Positions 48,801 through 61,670 of a stretch of DNA of 64,000 bases are shown piece after piece. Source of the DNA: Camelus dromedarius. Taxonomy: Eukaryota. The notes beneath the pieces are model-generated. The model did not search any database and was not told where the DNA came from. It saw only the letters and a program-made list of their open reading frames with translations. How positions within the stretch are numbered: the stretch's first letter is position 1; each line of letters opens with the position of its first letter. The stretch lies in contig NC_087437.1 in NCBI RefSeq assembly GCF_036321535.1, positions 54,996,001-55,060,000 on the forward strand. The letters are read 5' to 3'. A program made the translations under genes and the position numbers.

Positions 48801-51800
48801 TATGTATTCAGTCGACTAGAATTTAGTGCCCCTAACTCTGAATTCTGATGGCCACCATATGGATAACAAAGCTTCATTATGCCGTTTGGATTTTATTTCA
48901 AACCCAACCCTACCCCTTGTACTGAAGACAACTCCTAAGCCACCTGGATAACTTTTCTGGTATTTCGATAAATATTCTGATGTGATAGAGGCATAACTAG
49001 ACTTTGCATCTATTCCCACAAGTATTTTCTAAGGAAAGCCAAGATGTTCGAGGGCTACACAGCCAGGTATAGGTTTGCTATTAAAGTACTTCAACATAGG
49101 CTCATTTCCCTTCTGGTCGATGTTGGTTAAAATAATCTAACTCTGGGCTTAAGATTATATCTCTGAATGAGACAAAATAAGAGGGGACTCTAAGTTCTTT
49201 AAAAAACAAAGAAGCAGTAATTGACTTTTATGTTTAGGCCAGGACTCTGCAGTGGATTTGTTGAAAACAGCAGTTGTTTTCATGGTTGTATATGGCAGTG
49301 TGGATTTTCTGTTGTTGAATGCATGCATGTTTTGAAAGAAGCCTGTATAAGCATTTGTGATTTTCCAAGCAGCTAGTCTTCTCCTGGCATTGTGACAGGG
49401 TCAGTCTATTTCACTCTGATCAGACCGTAATGTTGTAAACCACTGGCTGTTCCTCTGGCAACTGTTCAGGGTAGACTAGCCACTTTCTCTGCCTTGGACC
49501 AATGGTGGGCTGCAGGCAGGCTCCTAGGGGCCACAGGGAAGCATCCACCTATCACTTATGTCCACTGTGTTCAGAAAGAATCCAAAAGTAAATTTCACAA
49601 GGAAAAAAAAAAGATGGATCTCTATCCTGACTATATGACTTTTTAGTTTTGTGAGGTTTTTAAATTTCAAATAAGTAAAATTTCTGCCCACTTTTGACCT
49701 TGTCTTCTAGTGAGATCATTGATATGAAATCAGAACAATGATTAACATGATTAAATAATAAAATAAGTTTAATATAAGTCAATAAAATGTCCCATAGGTG
49801 CTTTTCTACCTCATATAGTCTTTGCTATCTCTCTTTAACTAAGCTGGAACTCAAAATATCTCCTCGTTCCCTGGGAAGTCTTTCTGACTTTCTCTTCCAA
49901 TTCCACGTCCTAAATCAGGCAGAGCTTATACCTTCCTCTACATATATTCAAATCAGTATAAATGAAACCTTTTTCTGAGATCTCCTTTTCTAAATCTGAT
50001 GCCATTTGGCTTCAGTGTCAAACAAATTAATGTTGCTGTTTGTTTTTGTTTTAATCTACTTGCTGGGACATGAACAAAGCTTGAATGTATTTGCAGCGCT
50101 GAGACTGATATATGAAATAACTCATTTTGTGTTCCAGAATATGGTAAAAATCTTACGTAATCCCCAACACTTAGCATAGTGCTAAGCACCCAGTAGGGGT
50201 ACCAAAAGTATTGCAATAAAACATTGGTAACAACTTCTTCATTGATAAAAGAAAAGCCACTCTCAATCTTTTTTCTCCTTCAAAACTGAGCCGTGAGAAG
50301 CAAGCAGTGCCCTGCTTCTTGGATTGTAGCATGGAGACAGGCATTTGTAAATAATGGAGAGGGGGAAATGTGGCGTCTTGAAAACACAAGACTGTTTTCA
50401 AATAAATTTGAAATGAACTAATACAGAAACCAACACAAAGTCTTTAGGGCACGTAAGCCCATTTCCTGTCATCTCTTCATTATTTGCAACCGTTTGTAAG
50501 AATGACCTGTGTTATGGGCATTGGCTACCAGGGTGGTGTGGTTGGAGGAGATGCTGGTACAGTTCCGCAGATCCTCCCAGCAGCACTTCCCCTGCTTTCC
50601 CAGAGCTTTAGCAAAGTTTGATGCAGACTCTGGTGTACAATGGGCCGTGACCTCCCAGATGACCTTCCCGAACAAGAGCTAGCTTGCGCCAATGTATAGC
50701 TCTGAATGAATGGAAAACCCATTTTCAGACTTCTAAAGGGCTGCTAAAGCACTTAGCTCTGTGCTGTCGAGATATATACATGAATATAACAAACTAGGTG
50801 CCGCATCTGCAGTTGTTTCAGTGAGGATGCCAGGTTTTTCCATCCTTGCTGCTCCTGGCAGCTCATCCCTCTTCTGCAACAAATCACACCTTCTTCCATT
50901 TTACGAGTATTTTTCCCGATCCTGCTCCTGCTCCTGCTCCTGCCCCTCCCTAGCCCAAAACAAAACCCAGCCCTGTTAGAATTCTTGTGGGCTTGTGGGA
51001 TGGAGAGGAGTTCTCCTTGAATTCGAAATGGTGGTAACTTCGCTTTGTATATAGAACAAAAGTGGAAAACCAGATCCTGTGTTTGTCTCACAACTGAAAT
51101 TCCAAATCCTAACCGGAAGTGGAGACGCAGATGCTACAGTGCGGTGAGCTGTCTGGGCTCCCTTCAAAGGACAGCAGTGAGGAAATCACCTGCAGACGCC
51201 TACTTTAGGAATTTACGTTCTTGGTCTTCCTTCTGATTCTTAACTTAGCATCAACGATGAGCTGATAGCTTTAGGAAAGTGGTGTGGCTCATAATTTGAT
51301 GCACATCAAATCATGTTCAGCGTGCGGGCATGCGCAGAGTCCGTCTTCATTGTGAGTGAGATCTTGTTGGTGTATCAGTTGGTAGCCTCAGGCTCACAGA
51401 ATGTTAGAACCAAAGGGTGCATTGGAAATCATGTAATCAACCCCTTTATTGAACAAATGGGCAGCAGCAGCCACTCAGCAAAGGAAAAGACAAGATACCA
51501 CAGCCAAGTCCATGGTTTTCTGTGTGAAATCTAAGTTTCATGACTTCTAATCAGTGATCTTTCTTGTTTTTCTAGCACCTCTACTGATGCTTTTTTGTGC
51601 ATAGTAACATACAATGCGTGTAATCCAACAGAGCTATTTAATAGCCGATGTCACTAGGCGTCCTCACTGTAATAATTCTCAGGCTCTTCTGAGTGCTGTA
51701 ATTCTTTCTATTGCTGTTTTCTCTCCTGAGCTATTTTTCCCCTTACGTCTCTAATCAAATGCCAGGGTTTTGTGGTTCCATGTCGATTGGACAGGTGTTG

Positions 51801-51887
51801 CTCTAAAGTGCTACAAAAAGAAAAGGTAAAATGAGAATCATTCCCTTTTTCTTCTTCGGCTAAATTCTTAACTAGGTGTACGTGAGA

Positions 51888-52112
51888 GGCAGCTAGGTGG
51901 AGTGGACAGACTACAGATTTTTTTTTGCTTCCATAGCCCAGGGTTTATACTGTTTTCTAGCAGTGTGGCCTTGGGCAAATTTTTTACCTTTCTTAGTTTC
52001 AGTTTCTTCAAATAAAAAAGGAAGATGGGGTTAAGTTTTTTCCTTGCAGTGTTACTATTGGATTATGTATGTGAAGTGCATGACTCCTTGTAAACACATA
52101 ATACATGCCAGC
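51888..52112 (+). mobile_element. MIR SINE
   Basis: ggcagctaggtggagtggacagac..tagcagtgtggccttgggcaaatttttttacctttcttagtttcagtttcttca-like core. Confidence 0.7.
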
Positions 52113-52912
52113 TTCCTTCCCATCCTTGTACAGTCAGCATTTTTTCCCAACCCAGCTTGGGTTGTAGGAAGAGAAGGTCATTTGCCATGAAGATAATTGT
52201 CATGAGAATTCAGTTGAAGCTAAGTTTAAGAATTTGTTTGCCTTCATCTCTAAAGAGTGGCAGCACATGTGTTATTTCTATATATGTGTAATTTATGAAA
52301 TTTTTGCCATCTCTATTATTCCTCTATGACTCTATTTGATTAGTCTGGTTTTAAAAACCCAAGTACATTTCTTTAAAAAATATGTACTAAATACCTATAG
52401 GGGCTACAAAACCCCACATGATAGGGTCGGCCTTTTGGGAGTTTGTAAGAGGAAGGAAAAAACTTAAGTTGTTTACCAAAAAAAAAAAAAGTTGAATTTG
52501 AAGGGTGTTATAATAGAAATGTAACATTGGGTGAGAATGGGATTCATTCTAACGGGGTACACAGGGAATACTTTGGAGAGGAGGTGGGAACTGGGTGTTA
52601 AAGACAGAAGAAACTTCTACACAGAATGTTGGGTGGAAAGAAGGAGAAAGACTGAAGAGGCTGAGCCAAGGTGTGGAGGTGGAAAAGATCAACACACGGG
52701 TGGTGATTATGCAGCCAGCAGGAACACAAAGGAACAGAAGTAGGAAATAGAGGTAGGAAGACCATTTAGGGCTGGTTCAGTGAGGGTCTCGACTGGTGTG
52801 CTGACCTTCAGGGGTCAACAGGAAGTGGAGAAGCATGACCAAACCTGGATTTTAATCAACTAACTCTGCCAGCCATCAGTTTAAAAGCCTAAAGAGATTA
52901 AATTGTAGAGAT

Positions 52913-52922
52913 GAAAGAAAGG

Positions 52923-52953
<31 letters not shown>

Positions 52954-53009
52954 GGAGAGAGGGAGAAAGAAGAGAGAAAGAGAGAAAGAAAGGAAGAAGG
53001 AAGGAAGGA

Positions 53010-53089
<80 letters not shown>

Positions 53090-53090
53090 A

Positions 53091-53166
<76 letters not shown>

Positions 53167-53373
53167 AAAGAAAGAAAGAAAAGAAAGGGAGGGAGGGAGG
53201 AGGAAGGAAGGAAGAAAGAAAGAAAAGAAAGGGAGGGAGGGAGGAGGAAGGAAGGAAGAAGGAAGGAGGAAAGGAGGAAGGAAGGAAAGAAGAAGGGAAG
53301 GGAAGGGAAGGGAAAAAGAAAGAGGTAAGAAAAAGAAAGAGGGAGGGAGGGAGGAAGAGAGGAAGGAAGGAAG
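52913..53373. repeat. Compound GA-rich microsatellite: (GAAA)n core with GGAA/GGGA/GA flanks
   Basis: Direct reading; all purines except one T at 53326. Confidence 0.98.
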
Positions 53374-54638
53374 TGGGGCTCTTGGGCCATCTTATCGGTC
53401 AGGTTGGTTTTAGCAGATTCTCCCAAGGAAGTGCAGTAAGCACATTTCTAAAGCCCTCACATTAAGTACTGTTAGCAATAAACCATTGCTTCTGTGTGTT
53501 AAAGGTCAAAAATCTTCCTCCCTGGAACTTCCTTACTGTACTCCCTGGTGTGTTTTGCTCTCCTGTAAACTTGTGTGTGTATGTGTGGGAGGGGTATGTG
53601 CACAGTTCGTGCATGTGTGTGCGTGTGCAACTGAATAAAGATCAGAGGAGACTCGAGTTGAAATGTTCAACTTATTTCAAGTCAAATGTTTATAAATATA
53701 TTTTGGAAGTTACCACTGAAAAAAGGACACACGTCTAATTTTGTTTACAGCCATTTGAATCTGAGTGAGCCAATTCATATAAGTGGTGGAGAGCAGTTCT
53801 CAAAAGTTCACATTGAATATTCTTTCCCAAAAACCTACTTTCATATTTGCTGATGTGAATTATTACATTCTCTGTCTGTATTTGCATCTCCCCATGACAC
53901 CCCACTCCCCAATTTATCCCCAACTTAAATCTCCTAAATCTGGCCAATTTACATATCAGGAAGTGCTAAACTGAGAAATTAACTTCTGTGTTACAGATAT
54001 ATGGAAGTTCAATGAAAAGGATACACATTTTAGTCTTCTATGTTCTTGAATAAGCTTTTTTATTAGAAATAAATTATATATTATTAGAAATAAATTATAC
54101 ATTATCATATATAATAAGTCCAGACCATTTAGCTCACTTGGCCACTGAAATGTTTCACAAAATTAAAATCTAACACTTTATATTTTGCTTTTATTTTTAT
54201 CTTTGGCTTTTATGGTAAGTCGGTGTAAGAAACTTTTATAAGAAAAGGTGTCTCTATTTTTTGAGAAACTGTTGTTAAAGATGTTTTCCACAATGTCCAA
54301 GTCATTTTTTAAATGTGCAAGGTGATTTTCTCCTAGAATTTAGCTGTAGGCTTCTGTCATAGAAATTCATTATTTTTCTTTTATATTAAATTTCCTTTGT
54401 TCTGGCCACCGGGAAGCTCCAGCCTAAACTTGATGCTGTGCTATTGTCACTGTTCTTTTTAAGTTTCTGGTACAGTTCTCTCTTTCATTACTCTCCTTAG
54501 TCTCATTTTTTTTTTCAGATTTTAATTGCAATGATCCTAATGCATGTTACTTTTACTTGTACTACAAGTCAAATTCTTTTTGAACAGATATATTTAAAAA
54601 TAAATAAAGCAAATGGTTGAAAAGAAACATTTTTAAAA

Positions 54639-54782
54639 CAGTGGTTGCAAGTGATAGCTGAACATTAGAATTACCTGGGTGCTTTTAAAGTCCTGATACC
54701 CAGGCCACATGGAGGTGAGTTCTAGGCAGGCATTAGTATTTTTTAATGCTCTCTAAGTGATCCCAGTGTGGGGAATTAGTGG
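54639..54782. mobile_element. MER5A-type hAT MITE
   Basis: cagtggttgcaa..aacattagaattacctgggtgcttttaaa..gatacccaggccac..tattttttaatgctctctaagtgatccc. Confidence 0.65.
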
Positions 54783-56229
54783 CTTAAACCTTTTTTATTA
54801 TGATGGTCACCATTTTTTTTTTACAGAAACACATCTTTTAAAACACAAGGAAATTTCAAATCACATATAATTCCATAATTCACTAATTACTATAAACACT
54901 TTGGAATAGCTCCCGTGCTAATCTTTTTTTACCTTTTTTTAAAAACAAAATTGCAGTCAGGTATATTATGTATATGATCTTTATCTATATATATTACATA
55001 AAATTTATATATTTATGCTTATACTAAATACATATTTACATATTTAGGTGTAAATTGGTTATAATGTGTGTGTGTGCTTATTCCAAATCTCTCTTATTTC
55101 CAGGCACATTTTCCCATATATTCTGAAGAATATTCTCTAAGAACCTAGTTCTTAACAGTTGTGTAACTTTTGTACTACATGATTACACCACGATTTATTT
55201 ATTCCTCTATTCTTATACATTAAGATTTCAGGAAACATCCTTAAACCTGGCATTAATCCAGGTTTTACCTTGGGAATATATTGAGTGACCTATTGATTCC
55301 TTTCTATGTGGGCTGCCTTTTTCACTGGAAGGAGAGTAGGAGCTCCCTAATTGCTCTCTGGTGCCTCATTTCTTTCTGGCATTAAAAGGAATGGCTGTTT
55401 TCTGCTCTTCCTAAAGACTCAGAACTTAATACAGAACTGCCCTGAGTTTTAGAAGCATTGAACTTTGGCATTAAAAGAGTCCCTTCTAACTGACAAGGTT
55501 ATCTTGGAAATGATTGGCTACTTTCTCCTCTGAGAAAAAAAACACAGCTCACGAAATGACAAAGGACTCTTTGAGGTGAAGTGGAAAAATATTGGGGAAT
55601 GTGTCATATGAATGCTGTCTTCTCTGATATAGAAAGTTAAGGCTGTCTATTTAGACTAGGAGAAGTGAGCCTGAATTTGGAGGCTTCGGGCATCAGGAAG
55701 GTCTGAACCAAATTCTGGGAGAAATGGGTCAAGAGTGATAAGAGGGAGCAGCAGATCGATGGGAGCGGTGACATTCCACGGGGTCTTGGGTCACCTGAGT
55801 TTCACATGGAAGCTGATTGTCCGCTTGGAAAGTCATGGTTTAGGGTAGTGTATGATTCAGTTCCAAATTCAGTGGTTCAAAGAGTGTCCTGGTGGTCCCT
55901 ACTCTTCACCACTCTGCTGCTCTTTCATTTGGCACAGCCTCCTAAACACTTAATTCTGTTCTTGTGGTCTCATCCCGCCTGATGCATGGCTCGTTTTTAA
56001 GACCATGTGAATGGGACCAAGCTTGTCATTGTGCCTGGGACACAGTGGGCATTCAGTAGATGTTTGTTGAATGAAAGAAGCAGGCACAATCACAGCTTTC
56101 CCTTCTGGTGATCTGCTTTATGATACAATTTCCAGGAATGCATTGTGTCTAAAATTGGGGACCATATGTACAGGAAATTCTTTCTTATGTCAATGTGAAA
56201 TCCCTCCAAAGTAAATCCCCCATCATAGT

Positions 56230-56320
56230 TGTGTGTGTGTGTGTGTGTGTGTGGTGCATATGTGTATATGTATATATATATATACACATACATATATATG
56301 TATATATCTATACATACACA

Positions 56321-56361
<41 letters not shown>
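56230..56361. repeat. Compound (TG)12-(TA/CA-rich)-(AC)19 microsatellite
   Basis: Direct reading. Confidence 0.96.
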
Positions 56362-56364
<3 letters not shown>

Positions 56365-56477
56365 AAAACTGTAAACCTTATACCAGAGTAGCTTTCTTGA
56401 GAGGGGAACAGTCTTGCACAAAGGCTTAGGTGCAGGTTAGATAGTCTGTCTTTTTCTGTGAAAGTCTTGCTTGAATA

Positions 56478-57098
56478 TTTTTTTAATTGAATTATAGTCA
56501 GTTTACAATGCATCAGTTATTTCTGGTGTACAGCATAATGTTTCAATCATATATATACATACATATATTCGTTTTCATATTCTTTTTCATTATAGGTTAC
56601 TACGAGATAATGAATATAGTTCCCTGTGCCATACAGAAGAAACTGGTCATTTATCCATTTTATATATACTAGTTAATATTCACAGTCTTGCACTCCCAAT
56701 TTATCCCTTCCCCACCTCCTTTCCCCCGGTAACCATAAGATTGTTTACTGTGTCTATGAGTCTGTTTCTGTTTTGCAGATGAGTTCATTAGTGTCCTCTT
56801 TTTTCTTTTTTTAGACCCCACATATGAGTGATATTATATGGTATTTCTCTTTCTCTTTCTGGCTTACTTCACTTAGAATGATGATCTCCAGGTCGAACCA
56901 TGTTGCTGCCAATGGCGTCATTTTATCCTTTTTTATGGCTGAGTAGTATTCTGTTGTATAAACATACCACAGCTTCTTTATCCAGTCATCCATCGATAGA
57001 CATTTAGGTTGTTTCCATGTCTTAGATATTATAAATAGTGCTATTATGAACATTGAGGTGCATGTATCTTTTCAAAGTAGAGTTCCCTCTGAATATAT
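56478..57098 (-). mobile_element. Relatively young 5'-truncated L1 (ORF2 C-terminus plus 3' UTR)
   Basis: ORF 56811-57053 MFIIALFIISKTWKQPKCLSMDDWIKKLWYVYTTEYYSAIKKDK..ILSEVSQKEKEKYHIISLICG is the L1 ORF2 C-terminus; same 3' UTR family as 12326-12529 and 32911-33057. Confidence 0.93.
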
Positions 57099-58359
57099 TA
57101 CTTGGGCATTTTATAATTCAATTACATACTTCCTTCTGAGAGTTCTGTTTAGAATTCCAGACTATCTGTGAGTCAGAGAGGAGCAAGCCAGGATTATAAT
57201 CAAGATAATGTGGCCAAGAGGTGTGAGATTTCTCAGCCTTTCTAGAAGAGATGGGTGAGAATAAATATTTTCAGGATCATAAGCAGCTTGCCCTGGTAGC
57301 CAGAAAGAGAGCATCCCAGACTTTGCTAAAACTGGCCCTTCTCCTTTGAAGGATCCTCTCCCAGTGCTGTCAAGGCTTGGAGAGCTCAGAGGGCTGCAGG
57401 GTGGTTTATCTCACTGTGTCAACTGTAAGTGCACCCAAGCATCAGTGTAAACCTTTGTTTTAAGGAGGGTTCACCAAGGGATATAAAATAAAATGGGATT
57501 TGAATGGAAACTTGGCATCCCAGTTTGGAAACATTTTTTATTGAGTACAGATTTGGGCGGGGGAAGGAAAAAACAAACACAATTTCTATGTTGTAAATGT
57601 TAATAAAACAAAGAACAAGTAAAACAAATTAAAATGGTTTGTTTTTAAGTGGCTTTTTTTGCATTCTCATGACTCCTAAAATCCTTTTTGATTTTAAGAC
57701 AATCCATAACTGCTTTTAGTATAGAAAGACGTAGAACAAATGAAATTAAATCAAGTCAGCAAATAGCAGAGGTCAGGTGCAGAACCATAGTAGTCAGCTG
57801 GCAAATTTCTAATGGGGGGGTGGGTTTCAGCATGTTTTTATGAGTCCCCAAAATTAGATCATTAATTAAAAATTTTTAATTTAGGATTCTCAAGTTATGT
57901 CTTCAACTTGCCAGTTTTGTCATTTGCTAGTCATAAAGTTTTATTTTCTGCGCTCTGTGTATCTGCCTGATCTTTGTGGCCGACCTTTTTGGTTGTTGTT
58001 GCTGTTGCTAATTCTTAAAACCATTAGATCTTAAGTATACTTTCCTACCAAAGTCATTGGTGTTAAGGAGAAAATAGGAAACTGATGGTCATGATTGGGC
58101 TCGTAATAATCTATTTGTATCATAATTTCATCTCAGAAATATGTAGTTAAGTGGAAGAAGAACCACAGTAATCAGGAAGTTTGTCTCATAATCCTGTCTC
58201 TGCTCTGGAACGGCTGTGCAATTTTAAGCAAGTAATTTACCCTCTGTAGCCTCATGCTGTCCTCTGGAAAGTGCATTCACTCATTCGAGTGAGGTGAGGT
58301 TCAAAGGAGCTGACTCATGGGAGGAGTAGAATGAATACGCTAGTCTAGGTGACCCAGAA

Positions 58360-58553
58360 CTGCATTGTTCAACATGGTAGCCACCAGCTACATGCAGCTT
58401 ATCTGAATGTAAATTAATTAAAATTAACAATTCAACTCCTCAGTCCCATTAGCCACATTTCAAATGCTCAGTAGTCACAAATAACTAGTAGCTACCATGT
58501 TGGACAGGGCAGAACTCTTCCATCATTGCAAAGAGTTCTGCTGGACAGAACTG
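58360..58553 (-). mobile_element. MER3 hAT-Charlie MITE
   Basis: Internal palindromic arms ttgttcaacatggtagccaccagctacatg / tagtagctaccatgttggacag; 8-bp TSD acccagaa/atctagaa resembling the NTCTAGAN target. Confidence 0.85.
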
Positions 58554-59592
58554 ATCTAGAATGACAGACCCTTCCAGGGGTTTTGGGAATTGCTCTGTAA
58601 GTTTGGATGGTACCAGTCTGAGTTGGTCTGTGAGCCACTGGGAATAGAAAGAACTCTGTCTCTCCTTGAGCCACGTGCAAGATTGTGAAACTGCGGTGTA
58701 CGGGGCAGTGGTTACGTTGTGTGAGTGGCAGGTCAGCTGCATCAGCACGGGTGTGAACTCAGTGGGCATGCTTATTCTGAATTCCATCAGAATCATTTTT
58801 AAGTACCATATGTCCAGTGTCATCTTTGGCACACTTCTCCAGCTTCATCTGAGTTCCAAAATGAAGCCTCACAGTCTCCTTCATAAATTCAGCCATCACA
58901 GGCCAAGGTGAGGGTGACGTACTGAGCTTTGGAAGCCTGAAGCAGAGTGGGATAACGGTTCTGGGAATGAGGGTTGAGGGGGCATCTGAGAATCAAGTTG
59001 CTATTATGGCTTGGCAGAAATTCATCTTAAGTGACCTGAAGCAGCTACGTAATAAGCAGAAAACGTTTGCCCTTCTGCTTAAGGTTTGCTGCCTCTCCAC
59101 ATTCTATGCAAATGTCTGGCTTTGAAAGTTCTTTATGAACTATACAACCATATACCCAAGTTAGTATAGATTATTAATATCATTAATTTTTTCTTAACAA
59201 CATTATAGTAAAGTTACAGGGCGGTGACCCCTATGCTGCCTTTACAATCTGAGGTTCATTTCAGTATAGACGCAGTGGTGCCTGGGTATCTCTGGGAGGA
59301 GGGGGCACAAGAGCACACATACGCACTAGAGCTCACGTGTGTGTGTGTATGTGTGTGTAAAGGTACATTTTCTTCTTTATGCACGGCAGCTTCACCTCTT
59401 TTTCCCAGAGTGAACTGTGAAATTGTGTTCAGTTTCCAGTTCCACCACAGACTAGCCAGGTGGTCTTGGCAAAGTTACACACCTTCTTGATGTTTCAGTT
59501 TTCTTATCTAAAATGAGGATAGTAAGAGTTTCTATAAAAGGATTGGTATGGGGATTAAATGAGAATGTCTGTGAGTATATGTGTCTACAAAT

Positions 59593-59911
59593 ACATACGG
59601 GAGGATTGGTTCCAGGACCCCCAACAGATACCAAAATCCACAGATGCTCATGTCCCTTATATAAAATGGCTTAGTGTGCACCTCCTCCAGTATACTTTAA
59701 ATCATCTCTAGATTACTTATAATACCTAATACAATGTAAATGCTATGTAAGTAGTTGTAAATACAATGTAAATGCTATGTAAATAGTTGCTAGCATGCTG
59801 CAAATTCAAGTTTTGCTTTTTGGAACTTTCTGGATTTTTTCCCAAATATTTTTGATCTGTGCTTGATTGAATCTGTGGATGTAGAACCTGCAGATATGGA
59901 GCACTGACTGT
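59593..59911. mobile_element. MER2/Tigger-type TcMar MITE inserted in a MIR
   Basis: ggattggttccaggaccccc..gataccaaaatccacagatgctca..aaatcatctctagattacttataatacctaatacaatgtaaatgctatgtaa..gaacctgcagatatggagcactgactgTA; MIR halves at ~59440-59590 and ~59980-60030. Confidence 0.85.
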
Positions 59912-61179
59912 ATATTCATACATATATACTCATTTACAGACTTGTGTTTATATATGTGTGTATGTTCACATACATGTTTCTCAGGACAGTTCCTGGCACA
60001 TTGTAATTGGTATTAAGTATTAGCTGTAAATTAGCCATAATTCATTAATATGTTCACTAGAGGACCTACAAAGTCCATTGCTTGCTCTCTCCCCCAGAAC
60101 CTTATGGTCTGCTGAACTGAGGAAGATAGCAAGGTGTCTCCATGTCCTGTCTCCGGAGAGTGTGAGCCACCTGGGTTGAGCCCTTCCTTTACAGGATATC
60201 CACTCAACCCTTGAGCTGATAGGATGCTGCCTTCAAAACTAGGTAGCCCCAATGCTCTGGGACCTTCACGATACCTCTCTCTGAACTTCTGCATCGTTCG
60301 CTTTCTTCACCACCACACTCCACTACCACCCCCACCAAACACACACACACGCGCGCCCGTGAACACACACATTCCAACTCTTGTTTCTTTTTCTTTTTCT
60401 TTTTTTTTTTTTTTTTTTTTTGCCAGATGCTTAAGATTTAAGGGCCTTGGAGATCTCTGCCCCTACCTTGACTGAGGCACAGAGATGTCCTGTTCCCATG
60501 CTGTTGATGTTGACAAAACTAGGGCACGTTTTTCCTCCATGTGCTGCTGAACTCTCAAGCAGAATGTACAAGATGTTTTCTGGTTACCTAGGCTACCCAC
60601 TGGCATAATCCTACCTAGCCTTTCTTTCCTGTCTCCACCCCCTCAGCGTCTCCTCTCGCCCTCTCCTCCCCTGGGTCTCTGTGTGCCGCTCTCAGTGGAG
60701 TACGGCTTGTGCTCCAGAGCCTGCCACTTATTTTGGTTCAGAAGCAGCTGCCAGAGGACTAACTGAAGAGAACAGGACACTTGCAAACACTCTCAGACTC
60801 TCCAGTGGACAGCTTACCTCTTGAGAGAACAGCTCCTGCTTTCTTGTAGACTGAGGGGGTTTTGCCATTTGCAAGTGCATCCAGTTTGTGCTTGGTTTGG
60901 GTCGGGGTGCCAATAAAATACTCTCTGGTTTCCGCAGATTTACTTTTCAGAGACATCTTGCTGTCCTCAGTGTAGATTCTTGCCCCATTAACTTTCAGTA
61001 GTAATTAGTTCAAGCTCTCATCTGGAAAGTTCTGCCCTATTAGTCCTCCTTGGTCAGTGTGTCGTAGGATAGACATTTTAATAAGCAGAAGACTGCAAAC
61101 AGGAATGTAGCTTAATGTATGGTGTCAAATGATATCTATCACATAATATCCAGATAACTCAGATTGGCATTCTAGGTCC

Positions 61180-61670
61180 TCCATGATCTGACTGCTAACT
61201 TTGCATCCCTGACTACCTTCATACTTCCCTCACATTGGCAATTAGTTTTCCCATCACTGTGTCTTTGCTTGTATTGTTGTCTCTGCCTGGAATTCCTTCA
61301 CCAACACCACCATCACCACCGCCACTGACATGTATCTTATCCCTTAAGATCCAACTCAAATACCTCTTCTGCTGAAAATGTTTGGCCCTAATTTTTCTGT
61401 CTGAAAGTGACAGTCCTCTCCTCTGAACTCCCACTGTCATCTCTGATCTCTCTTTCTTAAGAAATCCTCTACCACGTTTTGTCTTGTGTTACATGTTTTC
61501 CAGTTGAATATGCCTTACCTCTCCTACTAGATATGAAATTCCTTGAGATGATGGTAGGATCTCATCTTATCTTCTCTTGCCCCCTTCCTAATCAGGTCTA
61601 GGGCAGGTTTATTTCCTCACAGTGTGGCTGTTCAAAGGCTACTGATCCAATAGGTGTATGAATAAATGGC
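61180..61670 (+). mobile_element. L2 LINE 3' portion
   Basis: gtctctgcctggaattccttc..cccttaagatccaactcaaatacctcttc..ctcctactagatatgaaattccttgag. Confidence 0.7.

Noticed and set aside
52881..53465. 181-aa and 184-aa ORFs (F/L/S-rich and K/E/R-rich)
   Set aside because: Translations of the GAAA microsatellite, which lacks stop codons.
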